Shown here in pieces: positions 16,421 through 27,154 of a stretch of 64,000 bases of DNA; the stretch's first letter is position 1, and each line of letters starts with the position of its first letter. The notes under the pieces are model-generated. The model was not told the DNA's origin. It worked only from the letters and a program-made list of their open reading frames with translations, and did no database searches. The position numbers were made by a program, and so were the translations under genes. Origin of the DNA: Oscillospiraceae bacterium (lineage in GTDB: Bacteria > Bacillota > Clostridia > Oscillospirales > SIG627); NCBI GenBank assembly GCA_015064635.1, contig SVRV01000008.1, forward strand, positions 12,770-76,769. The letters run 5' to 3'.

Positions 16421-17184
16421 CAGAAATAACATCGAGAAAAAACAGGCTGATTCTTGACGCACTCTCTCTTCATGAAAAAAAGGAGAGGGACGGGAGAGGA
16501 CTTTTCTTTACCGAGGGGAAAAAGCTTCTTGGGGAAGCACTGGGAGTTGGAGTGATTCCCGTAAGGGTATTTGTGACCGACGGCTTTTTAAAGGCAAATC
16601 CCGACATCCTGCGGCTTGAATGTGAAATAATAAAGGTGACCGATGAGGTTTACGGCAAAATAACCGATGAGCACTCTCCCGAGGGAGTTTTTGCGATTTT
16701 TGAAAAAATGCCCATTTCCGTGTCTGAAGACAAGTCTGCATTGCTCATTCTTGAAGGAATTCAGGACCCGGGAAATATGGGTACACTACTCAGATGTGCC
16801 ACAGCCTTCGGAGTGAGAGGGGTGCTCACTGTTTCCTGTGCGGATATATACAGCCCCAAAACCGTGCGTGCATCAATGGGTGCGGTGTTCAAGATGCCTT
16901 GTACCGCATTTGAAAACATAGACGGTGCTGTGGCTTTCGCAAGAGACATGACCGACCTTGTTGTGGCAACAGCTCTTCACACCGACAGCGTGAGTATCGA
17001 GGAGGTTGACATCTCCCATGCCGCCATAATGATTGGCAGTGAGGGAAGAGGACTCAGCGATAGGGCAATTGAGCTTGCAGATAAAAAAATAATAATTCCA
17101 ATAGAAAATATTGAGTCGCTGAATGCTTCGGTGGCAGGTGCCATATGTATGTATACAGCGATGATGAAAAGGAAAAAGAAATGA
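16417..17184 (+). CDS. TrmH/SpoU-family RNA 2'-O-methyltransferase
   Basis: 255 aa. ILEGIQDPGNMGTLLRCA and IGSEGRGLS...IPI...ESLNASVAGAI are SpoU methylase motifs. Confidence 0.88.
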   Translation: MTEITSRKNRLILDALSLHEKKERDGRGLFFTEGKKLLGEALGVGVIPVRVFVTDGFLKANPDILRLECEIIKVTDEVYGKITDEHSPEGVFAIFEKMPISVSEDKSALLILEGIQDPGNMGTLLRCATAFGVRGVLTVSCADIYSPKTVRASMGAVFKMPCTAFENIDGAVAFARDMTDLVVATALHTDSVSIEEVDISHAAIMIGSEGRGLSDRAIELADKKIIIPIENIESLNASVAGAICMYTAMMKRKKK

Positions 17185-18284
17185 CAAAAACACTTTCGTG
17201 GGTATGGCTTACGTCTTCGCTTAAATTTTCATCTCGTGCCATTGCCCGTGTTTTGTACAAGTTCACCCCGTATGAGGCATACTGTGCGGACGAAGACACA
17301 TTGAAGGCGGCGGGAATCGACGGTGACACGGCAGAAAAGCTGCTTGACAAGGACACAGCTCTCGCTTGCAGAATTGTGGAAAAATGCGAAAAAGAAAATA
17401 TAAAAATAATTCCTTCAAGCTCTCCCGACTACCCAAGAGCACTTGAGAGACTCCCCGATAAGCCTTTTGTGCTTTACGTCAAGGGAGATATCACCTGCAT
17501 AAACGGAAGAAAGACAGCGGCTTTTGTAGGGACGAGAAGAATGACGGCAGAGGGGCATCAAAACGGTGAGAGGATAGCACAGGAGCTTATTGATTCGGGA
17601 TATGTTTTAATAAGCGGTCTTGCCTCGGGAATTGATACGGTTGCCGCAGAGATGAGCATAAAAAAGAATGTGCCAACTGTAGCGGTGCTCGGTGTTGATA
17701 TTGATAAGTATTTCCCCGCAGAGAATACAAGGCTTACGGACAGGGTAGCCGAGACGGGTGCTGTCATATCCGAATATCCTCCTTACACCGGTGCCAGATT
17801 TTTCCCCGCAAGAAACAGAATAATTGTGGGACTGTCGGACATAGTGAATGTTATAGAATCACCGTCAAAAAGCGGCTCTATGATAACGGGACGGCTGTCA
17901 CTCAAAATGAAGATTCCGACCTATGCTCTTTGCCTTGAGGGCAGCAGCTTTGACGGTTGCAGAGAGCTTGTGGTAAACGGAGCACTTCCCATAGGAAGCA
18001 CAAAAACGGAGGCAGCGAAAAAAGCGCCCGTCAAAAAGACGCCTTCCGTAAAAAAAGTACCTTCACCTAAAAAGAAGGAGCCCGAAAAAGAAACAAAGTC
18101 CATACCAGATGACGTTGTGGGGACACGGCGTTACATATGGGAGAAGCTGCTCTCGGGACCTGTTGGCGAAAACGCCCTGGTAGACAGCAGTCATTCAATA
18201 CAAGAAGTTTTATGTGCTCTTACCGAGCTGGAGCTTGACGGTTACATACGTGCACTCCCCGGCGGTAGATATGCATTGAAGTGA
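17181..18284 (+). CDS. dprA: DNA-processing protein DprA (Smf)
   Basis: DprA Rossmann-like motifs are present: AFVGTRRMT, SGLASGIDTVAAE, SGSMIT. I prefer ATG 17181 because it forms an ATGA overlap with the upstream stop. The ORF-track start is 17145. Confidence 0.88.
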   Translation: MTKTLSWVWLTSSLKFSSRAIARVLYKFTPYEAYCADEDTLKAAGIDGDTAEKLLDKDTALACRIVEKCEKENIKIIPSSSPDYPRALERLPDKPFVLYVKGDITCINGRKTAAFVGTRRMTAEGHQNGERIAQELIDSGYVLISGLASGIDTVAAEMSIKKNVPTVAVLGVDIDKYFPAENTRLTDRVAETGAVISEYPPYTGARFFPARNRIIVGLSDIVNVIESPSKSGSMITGRLSLKMKIPTYALCLEGSSFDGCRELVVNGALPIGSTKTEAAKKAPVKKTPSVKKVPSPKKKEPEKETKSIPDDVVGTRRYIWEKLLSGPVGENALVDSSHSIQEVLCALTELELDGYIRALPGGRYALK

Positions 18285-18298
18285 TAAAGGAGAAATTT

Positions 18299-20542
18299 AT
18301 GTCCAATTTGGTAATAGTTGAATCACCTACAAAAGCAGGAACAATAAAAGGATATCTTGGCTCAAGCTTTAAGGTCGTTGCATCGAAGGGTCATATAAGA
18401 GATTTGCCCAAAAGTACCCTCGGAATAGATATAGAAAATGATTTTGAGCCCAAATATATCAATATAAGAGGCAAGGCTGAGCTTATAAATGAGCTTAAAA
18501 AAGAGGCAAAAAATGCCGATAAAGTATTCCTTGCAACCGACCCTGACCGTGAGGGAGAAGCGATTTCATGGCACCTTGCAAAGGTTTTGGGGCTTGACAG
18601 CAATAAAGCTTGTCGAGTATATTTCAACGAGATAACAAAGAAGGCGGTCAAGGAGGCAATTCAGAATCCCTCCGCCATTAACCCCGACCTTGTTGATGCA
18701 CAGCAGGCACGCCGACTTATTGACAGAATAGTTGGCTACAAAATATCACCGCTTCTTTGGAAAAAGGTTAAAAACGGACTTTCCGCAGGACGTGTACAGT
18801 CTGTTGCGACCAAGCTTGTGGTGGAAAGAGAAAACGAAATACGTAACTTTGTGTCGGAGGAATCCTGGACAATAGACGGCGTATTCAAGGGGGACGTGGG
18901 AAAGAGATTCAAGCTCAGATTCCACGGAGACCGCAATTCAAAAATAGAGCTTAAGACCAAAGAAGATGCTGACAAGATACTTGCGGGACTTGAGGGTGCC
19001 GAGGCTTCTGTGTCAAGTCTTAAAAAAGGCTCAAAGAAGCGTACTCCCGCACCTCCCTTTACAACCTCACAGCTTCAGCAGGAGGCAAACCGTAAGCTCA
19101 ATTTCCAGTCAAAGAAAACCATGAGTGTGGCGCAGGAGCTTTACGAAGGTATAAATCTCGGTAAGAGCGGCGGCCACGGTCTTATCACATATATGCGTAC
19201 CGACTCGGTAAGAGTTTCCGATGAGGCGGCAGCGGCGGCAGAGAGCTTTATCCGTCAGACCTACGGCGACAAATACTACCCCAAGACACGCAGAATATAT
19301 AAAACAAAGGGCAATGCGCAGGATGCTCACGAGGCTATCCGTCCCGCAGACGTAACCATAACTCCCGACAGTGCAAAGCCATATCTCACAAACGACCAGT
19401 ACAAGCTGTATAAGCTCATCTGGTGCCGATTTGTAGCAAGTCAGATGGAAACAGCTCTTTATGATACCGTAACCGTTGAGGTAGAGACAAAGTCACCGAG
19501 CGCCGAATATATATTCAAGGGCAGAGGCGAGACACTGAAGTTTGACGGCTTTATGACACTTTACAGTGTAACGCTTGACGAGGAGGATCGTGACGGAGAG
19601 GAAAATGTTTCTCTTCCCAAGCTTGAGGAAGGTGAAAAGCTTGCCATCCTTGACATAATTCCAAAGCAGAATTTTTCACAGCCTCCTTACAGATACACCG
19701 AAGCTACCCTTATAAAGGTGCTTGAGGAAAAGGGAATAGGCAGACCCAGTACCTACACTCCCACCATTACAACCATAATTTCAAGAGACTATATTGAGCG
19801 TGAAGGCAAGTTTTTCAAGCCTACCGCACTGGGTGAGGTAATAACCGAAATTATGGACAAATATTTTGGAACAATAGTGGATTACCGCTTTACCGCAGGT
19901 CTTGAGGAAAAGCTTGACCGTATTGCTGAAGGAAAGAGTGAGTACAAGCGTGTGCTCCGTGATTTTTACGGCGAATTTGCCCCCCTACTCGGCAAGGCAG
20001 AGGACGAGGCTGAAAAGGTTCAGGTCAAGGAGACTGTAGAGGAGCTTGATATCATTTGCGAAAAATGTGGCGCAAAAATGGTGTTGAAGAAGGGACGCTT
20101 CGGACGCTTTGCTGCTTGTCCCAATTATCCTCAGTGTAAGAATACAAAGCAGCTTGACAATTCGGGAAATGTTGTGGAAAAGAAGCCTGACGTGGTGGTT
20201 GAAGGTATGACCTGTCCCACCTGCGGAGGAAAGGTGCTTCTCAAAAAAGGCAGATACGGCGAGTTTTATGCCTGCGAAAAATATCCCGAATGTAAGTATA
20301 CAAAGCAGATAGCAAAAGAGGTGGGAGTCAACTGTCCCAAGTGCGGCGGTAAGGTCGTTACAAAGAGGGCGGGCAAGAAGATATTCTACGGCTGTGACAA
20401 CTACCCCAAGTGTGACTTTTCCGCTTGGTATATGCCCACAGGAGAAAAATGTCCTCACTGCAGTGAAGGCTACATGGTAAGAAAGAAGGCGGAGGATGAG
20501 CCGGTTTGTTCAAACAAGAGCTGTCCTTCAAAGAAAAAATAA
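18299..20542 (+). CDS. topA: DNA topoisomerase I
   Basis: Toprim N-terminus LVIVESPTKAGTIKGYLG, a catalytic-Tyr region (ITYMRTDS), and three C-terminal CxxC...CxxC zinc ribbons. ATG 18299 is preceded by AAGGAG. Confidence 0.96.
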   Translation: MSNLVIVESPTKAGTIKGYLGSSFKVVASKGHIRDLPKSTLGIDIENDFEPKYINIRGKAELINELKKEAKNADKVFLATDPDREGEAISWHLAKVLGLDSNKACRVYFNEITKKAVKEAIQNPSAINPDLVDAQQARRLIDRIVGYKISPLLWKKVKNGLSAGRVQSVATKLVVERENEIRNFVSEESWTIDGVFKGDVGKRFKLRFHGDRNSKIELKTKEDADKILAGLEGAEASVSSLKKGSKKRTPAPPFTTSQLQQEANRKLNFQSKKTMSVAQELYEGINLGKSGGHGLITYMRTDSVRVSDEAAAAAESFIRQTYGDKYYPKTRRIYKTKGNAQDAHEAIRPADVTITPDSAKPYLTNDQYKLYKLIWCRFVASQMETALYDTVTVEVETKSPSAEYIFKGRGETLKFDGFMTLYSVTLDEEDRDGEENVSLPKLEEGEKLAILDIIPKQNFSQPPYRYTEATLIKVLEEKGIGRPSTYTPTITTIISRDYIEREGKFFKPTALGEVITEIMDKYFGTIVDYRFTAGLEEKLDRIAEGKSEYKRVLRDFYGEFAPLLGKAEDEAEKVQVKETVEELDIICEKCGAKMVLKKGRFGRFAACPNYPQCKNTKQLDNSGNVVEKKPDVVVEGMTCPTCGGKVLLKKGRYGEFYACEKYPECKYTKQIAKEVGVNCPKCGGKVVTKRAGKKIFYGCDNYPKCDFSAWYMPTGEKCPHCSEGYMVRKKAEDEPVCSNKSCPSKKK

Positions 20543-21858
20543 TGGCAACAGTTAATATTATAGGTGCAGGACTGGCAGGCGTTGAGGCGGCATGGCAGGC
20601 GGCACGAGCGGGAGCGTTTGTAAAGCTTTATGAAATGAAGCCCACGAGATTTTCCCCCGCACATAAATCAAAGGGCATGGCTGAGCTTGTTTGCTCCAAT
20701 TCACTCAGGTCTGATTCTCTCGAAAATGCAGTCGGTATTTTGAAGGCTGAAATGAGTGAGCTTGGAAGTATTGTGATGGAGTCGGCTTTTGCAAACCGAG
20801 TCCCCGCAGGCTCTTGTCTTGCGGTTGACAGAGAAGGCTTTTCGGAATATATCACCGAAAAGATATGTTCAAATCCGAACATTGAGGTAATAACAGGCGA
20901 GCTTGAGGACTTCGACACCGAGGCGATAACCGTTGTTGCCACGGGACCTCTCACCGACGGGAAAATGGCAGAGTTCATCAAGGAGCTTTTGGGAAGTGAG
21001 GGACTTTCCTTCTTTGATGCCGCGGCTCCCATAGTTGAGAAAAGCACGGTTGACATGGACTCGGCCTTTATTGCATCCCGTTGGGGCAAGGGGGAGGCGG
21101 CGTACATAAACTGTCCCATGACAAGGGAGGAATACGATGCCTTTTACAAGGCACTTATTACCGCCGAAACTGCCAAGCTTCATGATTTTGATGAGGATTT
21201 AAAGGTGTTTGAGGGCTGTATGCCTGTTGAGGTAATGGCATCGAGAGGATATGAAACACTCCTTTTCGGTCCCATGAAGCCGGTGGGACTCATCGACCCC
21301 AAGACGGGCAAGGAGGCATTTGCCACCGTACAGCTGAGGCAGGACAACAAGGATGCCACCATGTACAACATTGTAGGCTTCCAGACACATCTGACCTTTT
21401 CGGAGCAAAAGCGTGTATTCGGTATGATTCCCGCTCTGAAGGATGCAAACTTCCTTCGTTACGGCGTCATGCACCGAAACACATTTATAGATTCACCCAG
21501 ACATATGACACCCTTTTACAGCATGAGGGATAAGCGGAACATCTATTTTGCAGGTCAGATGACCGGTGTTGAGGGATATCTCGAATCCGCTTCCTCGGGA
21601 ATGGTTGCGGGAATAAACGCAGCAAGAAGTGCTCTTGGACTTTCGGAAATAGATTTTACATCCATGAGTGCAATAGGAGCACTTGCAAATTACATTTCAA
21701 ACGAGTCGGTTGTGAATTTTCAGCCGATGAATGTGAATTTTGGCATAATTGCACCCCTTGACCGCAAGGTAAAGGGAGGCAAAAAGGCAAGAAACGGCGC
21801 CATAGGTGAGCGCTGTATAGAGAAGATCAAGGAGATAAAGGAGGAGTACGGACTGTGA
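20542..21858 (+). CDS. trmFO: Methylenetetrahydrofolate-tRNA-(uracil-5-)-methyltransferase TrmFO (Gid)
   Basis: FAD-binding N-terminus VNIIGAGLAGVEAAWQ followed by VCSNSLRS... is typical of TrmFO. The topA-trmFO gene order is conserved in Firmicutes. The ATG overlaps the topA stop by 1 nt. Confidence 0.93.
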   Translation: MATVNIIGAGLAGVEAAWQAARAGAFVKLYEMKPTRFSPAHKSKGMAELVCSNSLRSDSLENAVGILKAEMSELGSIVMESAFANRVPAGSCLAVDREGFSEYITEKICSNPNIEVITGELEDFDTEAITVVATGPLTDGKMAEFIKELLGSEGLSFFDAAAPIVEKSTVDMDSAFIASRWGKGEAAYINCPMTREEYDAFYKALITAETAKLHDFDEDLKVFEGCMPVEVMASRGYETLLFGPMKPVGLIDPKTGKEAFATVQLRQDNKDATMYNIVGFQTHLTFSEQKRVFGMIPALKDANFLRYGVMHRNTFIDSPRHMTPFYSMRDKRNIYFAGQMTGVEGYLESASSGMVAGINAARSALGLSEIDFTSMSAIGALANYISNESVVNFQPMNVNFGIIAPLDRKVKGGKKARNGAIGERCIEKIKEIKEEYGL

Positions 21859-22877
21859 GACTTATTGTTGACGTAATGAGCGGAGATTCAGAGGCTTTGG
21901 AGGCAGTAAAGGGTGCACTTAAGGCACACCGTGAGCTTGGTGTGGACATCACCCTTGTAGGAGACGAAAAAACGGTTACAGATGCTCTTGAAACACTTTC
22001 CGTTACCCCGAATGACAGTGTAAAGGTGGTTCACGCCGCATCCGTTGTTACAATGGAGGATGACTATCTTGTAGTAATAAAATCCAAAAAGGATTCCTCC
22101 ATGAGTGTGGGACTCAATCTTCTCAAGGCGGGAGAGGGAGATGCCTTTATTTCCACGGGAAATACAGGTGCTCTTGTTGCAGGCGCCAGCCTTATCGTAA
22201 GAAAGGCGAAGGGTATCAAGGCGGCGGCAATAGGTGCGGTAATACCACTCGGCGCCCCCATGCTTCTTATTGACGCAGGTGCAAATGTTGCTCCCAACGC
22301 CGAAACCATGAAGCAATTTGCTCTCATGGGCTCAATATACATGGAGAATATGTTCGGACTCAAGTCTCCCAGAGTTGCACTTATCAACAACGGTACCGAG
22401 GAGACCAAGGGCAATGACCTCGCCCGTGAGACCTACGGACTTTTAAAGGAATGTCCCGATGTTAACTTCATCGGTAACATCGAGGGCAGAGACGTGGTAA
22501 ATTCCGTTTGCGACGTGCTTGTTGCCGACGGCTATACGGGTAACATAATCTTAAAGCTGGTTGAAGGCTTTGGAAAGTTTATGTCAAAGACACTCAAGTC
22601 CATGTTCAAAAAGAATTTCAAGACAATTATCGGTGCTCTCTTCCTCAAATCAGAGGCAAAGGCACTTAAAAAGTCAATGGATTACACCGAATACGGCGGA
22701 GCACCCCTGCTTGGTATCAGCGCGCCCGTTATAAAGGCACACGGAAACTCCGGCGAAAAGGGTGTTTTCTCGGCTTGCAGACAGGCAAAGACCTTTGTTG
22801 AAACAGGAATAATTGATGAAATTGCAGCTCTTGGTGCAAAAATGAGAGAGGAAAAGAGAGGCACGGAGAATGAATAA
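21855..22877 (+). CDS. plsX: Phosphate acyltransferase PlsX
   Basis: 340 aa. IVDVMSGD...STGNTGALVA...GYTGNIILK are PlsX motifs. The GTG start overlaps the trmFO stop. Confidence 0.93.
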   Translation: MRLIVDVMSGDSEALEAVKGALKAHRELGVDITLVGDEKTVTDALETLSVTPNDSVKVVHAASVVTMEDDYLVVIKSKKDSSMSVGLNLLKAGEGDAFISTGNTGALVAGASLIVRKAKGIKAAAIGAVIPLGAPMLLIDAGANVAPNAETMKQFALMGSIYMENMFGLKSPRVALINNGTEETKGNDLARETYGLLKECPDVNFIGNIEGRDVVNSVCDVLVADGYTGNIILKLVEGFGKFMSKTLKSMFKKNFKTIIGALFLKSEAKALKKSMDYTEYGGAPLLGISAPVIKAHGNSGEKGVFSACRQAKTFVETGIIDEIAALGAKMREEKRGTENE

Positions 22878-23625
22878 CAGAAAAAGCCCGATTTATTCTC
22901 AAAGCTTTTTGGGTGCTCTTGATGAATTAGAGAAAATAATAGAGTATAAATTCCGTGACAGAGACTATCTTTGCAACGCCTTGACACATTCCTCCTTTGC
23001 AAATGAGTGCAAGGCACAAAAAAAGCAGGTTTCAAGCAATGAACGTCTGGAATTTTTAGGTGACTCCGTGCTGTCCATTGTTGTATCGGGATATATTTTC
23101 AATTCTCTTACCTACGAGCAGGAGGGCGACCTTACAAAGATACGTGCCTTTGCCGTATGCGAGGACGCACTGTATCAGTTTGCCTCGGGTATTTCTCTGG
23201 GAGACTATCTTGCACTTGGCAAGGGAGAGGAAAAGACCGACGGAAGGCACAGAAAATCCATTCTTGCCGATGCAACAGAGGCGATAATCGGAGCAATTTA
23301 TCTTGATAGCGGACTTTCTCTTGATGCTGTAAAAGGACTTGTCAGAAAAATAGCACTCCCACGAATAGAGGAGATACTTGACACCATAAAGCGTGGCGGT
23401 TCAAAGAATTACAAGGGTGCACTTCAACAGCTTGTGCAGAATTCAAAGGGAGATATTCTTGAATACGTTTACGTTTCGGAAAGCGGCCCCGACCATAATA
23501 AATCCTTTACCATGAGGGTTATGCTCAACTCCAACGAAATCGGAGTGGGCGTGGGCAAGAGCAAACAGGAGGCAGAGCAGGCTGCGGCGAAAGAGGCTCT
23601 GAAACTTTTCGGAGAAAATGTTTGA
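22870..23625 (+). CDS. rnc: Ribonuclease III
   Basis: 251 aa. It has the RNase III signature NERLEFLGDSVL and a C-terminal dsRBD (GPDHNKSF...GKSKQEAEQAAAKEAL). Confidence 0.95.
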   Translation: MNNRKSPIYSQSFLGALDELEKIIEYKFRDRDYLCNALTHSSFANECKAQKKQVSSNERLEFLGDSVLSIVVSGYIFNSLTYEQEGDLTKIRAFAVCEDALYQFASGISLGDYLALGKGEEKTDGRHRKSILADATEAIIGAIYLDSGLSLDAVKGLVRKIALPRIEEILDTIKRGGSKNYKGALQQLVQNSKGDILEYVYVSESGPDHNKSFTMRVMLNSNEIGVGVGKSKQEAEQAAAKEALKLFGENV

Positions 23626-23683
23626 CTTTTTTCGTGTTTTGAGTTATTATATAATCAGATGATCTTTCGAAAGGAAAAATAAT

Positions 23684-24694
23684 ATGAAAAAACAGTTTAC
23701 AGCCATACTTTTGACAGCGGTGCTCTTAATCTCCATGGCAAATTATGTATTTGCGGCAGGAGGAGTTGAGCTTCCGATGATTCCCATAGGCAGCAGTACC
23801 TCGGTTACAGTAAAGTTTTCCTCGGATACAAACGGCTCAGCTCTCAGCGGTGAGGATGTTATATTTACAACCGGTATTTCCGAGATAGGCTCCGAAGGTC
23901 TTTCAAAGGTAGAATTGTCTTACACATATACAAACGGACTTGAATTCAGAAATGACGTAAAGGTTATAGGTCTTCCTTACGGTTGGATTCTCAGTGAGGT
24001 TATTCACGAGAACAACACTATTTCCTTTTCCGTAAGTGATGCAACGGGCGAAAATCCCGTATCCGGCAGAGACCTTGACATCACATTTACCCTCCGTGTA
24101 GCTGCGGTTTCGGGTTCACAGCTTTCCGCTAATCTCACAAGCGTGGCTCTTTATGATAAGAGTGGCGATTCGATCAGCCGTCTTACAAAGAGAGTTACAA
24201 ACAACACCTTTACAACAGAAGCATCCATTCCCAACATCAGAAATATCGGAGCTTCTCTCCGTATAAACAACACTCCCGCAATGCGTCTTGGTATGATAGT
24301 CAGCAAGGATGAAAGATTTACAAGAGCATTCCCCGAAGGCTTTAAATACGTTGACAGCGGTGACGTGAAGTTTGGTATGCTTGTAATTGAAGAGACAAAG
24401 CTCAACGGTGAGCTTACGGTTAAAACAAGCGGTGTTACCCAGGAAATATTCAAGGAAATATTTTCCGAGAGCGTAAACGAAATCGTTTTTGTTCATACCA
24501 TTGACAACATTACAATGTACAAGAAGAACTACGTGTTCAGACCCTTCATTATGTACAGAGAAACTCCCAACGGAGAATATATGTACCACTACGGTGAGGC
24601 AAAGACCAGAAGTGCAAAGACGGTTGCCGAGATGGAGCTTCTCAGCGAAACAAGTACAAAGAAGATTGAAATGCTCAACAAATTTGTCAAGTAA
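23684..24694 (+). CDS. Secreted hypothetical protein (336 aa)
   Basis: Sec signal peptide MKKQFTAILLTAVLLISMANYVFA|AGG. The mature part is beta-rich, and the N-terminal ~150 aa are vaguely cohesin/Ig-like by eye, with low certainty. It has its own terminator. Confidence 0.75.
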   Translation: MKKQFTAILLTAVLLISMANYVFAAGGVELPMIPIGSSTSVTVKFSSDTNGSALSGEDVIFTTGISEIGSEGLSKVELSYTYTNGLEFRNDVKVIGLPYGWILSEVIHENNTISFSVSDATGENPVSGRDLDITFTLRVAAVSGSQLSANLTSVALYDKSGDSISRLTKRVTNNTFTTEASIPNIRNIGASLRINNTPAMRLGMIVSKDERFTRAFPEGFKYVDSGDVKFGMLVIEETKLNGELTVKTSGVTQEIFKEIFSESVNEIVFVHTIDNITMYKKNYVFRPFIMYRETPNGEYMYHYGEAKTRSAKTVAEMELLSETSTKKIEMLNKFVK

Positions 24695-24701
24695 AAATAT
24701 G

Positions 24702-24733
24702 GCGTGACGGCTTGAAGCTGTCACGCTTTTTTT
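24702..24733 (+). terminator. Intrinsic terminator after the secreted-protein gene
   Basis: Stem GCGTGAC (24702-24708) / GTCACGC (24720-24726), followed by TTTTTTT. Confidence 0.7.
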
Positions 24734-24795
24734 GCTTGATAAACTTATTAAAATAAAAAATTTATACCGGGAATATAAAAAAATCAAAAAAAGTA

Positions 24796-24850
24796 TTGAC
24801 AATACGACACGTGTAGTATATAATATAACCATCATACGACACGTGTCGTA
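24796..24850 (+). promoter_or_regulatory. Consensus promoter with two BlaI/MecI-type palindromic operators
   Basis: TTGACA (24796-24801), a 17-nt spacer, then TATAAT (24819-24824). Operator 1, ATACGACACGTGTAGTAT (24802-24819), fills the spacer. Operator 2, TACGACACGTGTCGTA (24835-24850), is a perfect 16-bp palindrome just downstream of the -10. Confidence 0.7.
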
Positions 24851-24869
24851 GGAAAGAGAGGTAATTATC

Positions 24870-25256
24870 TTGAAAAAAATGGATAAGAGGATTCCGGACG
24901 CGGAACTCGAAATCATGAAGGTGATTTGGCATAACAAAACACCTATTGCTACAAGTGAGGTGAAGCGAATTATTGATGATGAAGGAGTAAATGATTGGAC
25001 GCAACAAACTATACAGACGTTGTTGAATCGTCTTATCGCAAAAGAATTTATCGCAAAAGGGAAGCGTGGAAAAGAGTATATTTATACTCCGCTTATTTCG
25101 GAGAGTGAATATATCAGTTATGAAAGCAAAGTGTTTTTTGAAAAGATGCATGGCAATTCTGTAACGAGTTTAATGCGCGCTTTATTCGACAGCAAAAGAA
25201 TGAGTGATGAAGATATTTTGAAGCTTGAAGAAATATTCAAGGAAAAACAGCAATGA
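24870..25256 (+). CDS. BlaI/MecI/CopY-family transcriptional repressor
   Basis: 128 aa. The winged-helix N-terminus ELEIMKVIW...TSEV...WTQQTIQTLLNRLIAKEFI is typical of the penicillinase-repressor family. The start is either TTG 24870 or ATG 24879. Confidence 0.88.
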   Translation: MKKMDKRIPDAELEIMKVIWHNKTPIATSEVKRIIDDEGVNDWTQQTIQTLLNRLIAKEFIAKGKRGKEYIYTPLISESEYISYESKVFFEKMHGNSVTSLMRALFDSKRMSDEDILKLEEIFKEKQQ

Positions 25257-27139
25257 CAGACTTGGTAAAAGAAGCATTTTTACAGGTTTTAACTTCGTCA
25301 TTTAAGGTATCAATAATTGTAGCTTTATTATTGATTCTGACGAAATTGATAGAAGAAAGATACAGTGCAGGCTTTCGCTATTATTCGTGGCTTGCGATTA
25401 TTGTTATCTTCCTTATTCCGTTTCACAGCATTGGGCTCAGCTATAATGTTGATATCCCCCATTCCACTTTGCATATACAAAGTGAATATAAGGAAAAGCA
25501 TGAAAAAAATACATCTGAAGTGTTTGATGATGCTTTTGAGGAAATGAACTACGAAAAAGAAAAAACGGAGTTTTTTTCTGAAATCCACAGCGAAGGAAAA
25601 AATGAAAAAGCAAATATCAAACAAATTGATATATTGTTTTCGGTTGCGCTTGTTTGGATGCTCGGTGTAGTTTTGTGCTTTGTATTACACTTAAAACGTT
25701 ATTGTTTTTTTAAGAATGCTGTTAAAAGATTTTCACTTCCGACTTGCGACATTCGCATTGAGAGAATTCTCCAAGAGGAGCAGAAGTATTTGAAAATAAC
25801 AAAGGCGTTACCTGTAAGGGTTTGCTGTGTTGTTGATACTCCTCTCCTGACAGGCTTGTTTAGAGAAATGATTATTTTGCCAGATAATAATTATTCGGAT
25901 GATGAGCTACATCTTATATTGAGGCATGAATTAATTCATTACAAACGCAAAGATATATGGTATCAGTTCTTGACTTTGATTTTTGTATCCTTGCATTGGT
26001 TTAATCCGTTTGTATATATTATGGCACGCTCTATAGAGATTGACGGAGAAACATCTTGCGACGAGACTGTACTCAAAAGGAATTCGTACGAAACAAGAAT
26101 TTTTTATGGCGAAATGCTGATTGCATTTTTGAAAACCAAAAATCAAAAAAAGTCTTATTTGACAACTACATTCTTTGGAGGTAAAAAGGCTATGAAAAAA
26201 AGACTTATGTTAATAGCAAGTAAAAAAACGAGGAAAAACGGAATAGCAGCTATGGCGGTTTTATTGATTGCCACTATAATGATGTCAATTACCGTGTCGG
26301 CAGGCAACATTGCATTTGTTGATAGTAAAGATATGGTTAAAAACAGTTCTAAGCGTGAAAATACAATTATAATGGACTTAGGTGAAGCTTATGACGTTTT
26401 TATAGGCTGTGACCCCATTCGTGAAGACGATGAAAGTATTAAAGTTCCGCTTAAATCTTTTATGGTTTTCATTGATTATAAAACTGTATCCGAAGAGCCC
26501 GGGAAATCAATTACCATATCAAACGGAAACAGAAATATTGAATTAACGGTTGGTTCAAATACGGTAAGGTTAAATGGTGTTGATAAGTCTCTTGAAAGGG
26601 AAGTTTTGAGCAGAGATAATGATTTTTATCTGTATATTGATGACATCGAAACACTGTTTTCTTATAAAGTATCATATGATTTTGGAAGAAACAATGTAAT
26701 TTTGACAGTAACAGACGAAACTCCCAAAGCGGTTAAAACTAATACTCCGCCGAAACCGCTTCCCGAAAATTACGGAGTTCCCCAAAAAGTAACCGTTTTA
26801 CAGCAGGGTGCTCAGCTTGCAGTTTTTGTTGACGAAACTTCTATAAGCTTTCCTGATGCACAGCCGTTTATTGATGAAGAAAACAGGACACAGGTTCCTG
26901 TAAGAGCTTTGGCAGAAATGCTGAATTGCCGTGTTATATGGAATCAACAAACACAGGGAGTTACTATAATTGGAGATGACGGTACTGTTGTAACTGCCAA
27001 AATCGGTGATGACAAAATAATTGCGGACGGGACAATAATACAAATGGATACCGTGGCAAGAATTATAGATAACAGAACTTATCTTCCCTTGAGATTTGTT
27101 TCAGAAGCTTTGGGATTTAATGTTTTTTGGAAATATTGA
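25253..27139 (+). CDS. BlaR1-like M56 peptidase signal transducer with a C-terminal copper-amine-oxidase-N-like (stalk) domain
   Basis: 628 aa. It has multiple N-terminal TM segments and the zinc motif HELIHYKRKD (HExxH of M56). The C-terminus VPVRALAEMLN..V.W......DNRTYLPLRFVSEALGFNVFW resembles the Cu_amine_oxidN1 repeat rather than a penicillin-binding sensor. Confidence 0.85.
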   Translation: MTDLVKEAFLQVLTSSFKVSIIVALLLILTKLIEERYSAGFRYYSWLAIIVIFLIPFHSIGLSYNVDIPHSTLHIQSEYKEKHEKNTSEVFDDAFEEMNYEKEKTEFFSEIHSEGKNEKANIKQIDILFSVALVWMLGVVLCFVLHLKRYCFFKNAVKRFSLPTCDIRIERILQEEQKYLKITKALPVRVCCVVDTPLLTGLFREMIILPDNNYSDDELHLILRHELIHYKRKDIWYQFLTLIFVSLHWFNPFVYIMARSIEIDGETSCDETVLKRNSYETRIFYGEMLIAFLKTKNQKKSYLTTTFFGGKKAMKKRLMLIASKKTRKNGIAAMAVLLIATIMMSITVSAGNIAFVDSKDMVKNSSKRENTIIMDLGEAYDVFIGCDPIREDDESIKVPLKSFMVFIDYKTVSEEPGKSITISNGNRNIELTVGSNTVRLNGVDKSLEREVLSRDNDFYLYIDDIETLFSYKVSYDFGRNNVILTVTDETPKAVKTNTPPKPLPENYGVPQKVTVLQQGAQLAVFVDETSISFPDAQPFIDEENRTQVPVRALAEMLNCRVIWNQQTQGVTIIGDDGTVVTAKIGDDKIIADGTIIQMDTVARIIDNRTYLPLRFVSEALGFNVFWKY

Positions 27140-27154
27140 ATTATGGAGCAACAA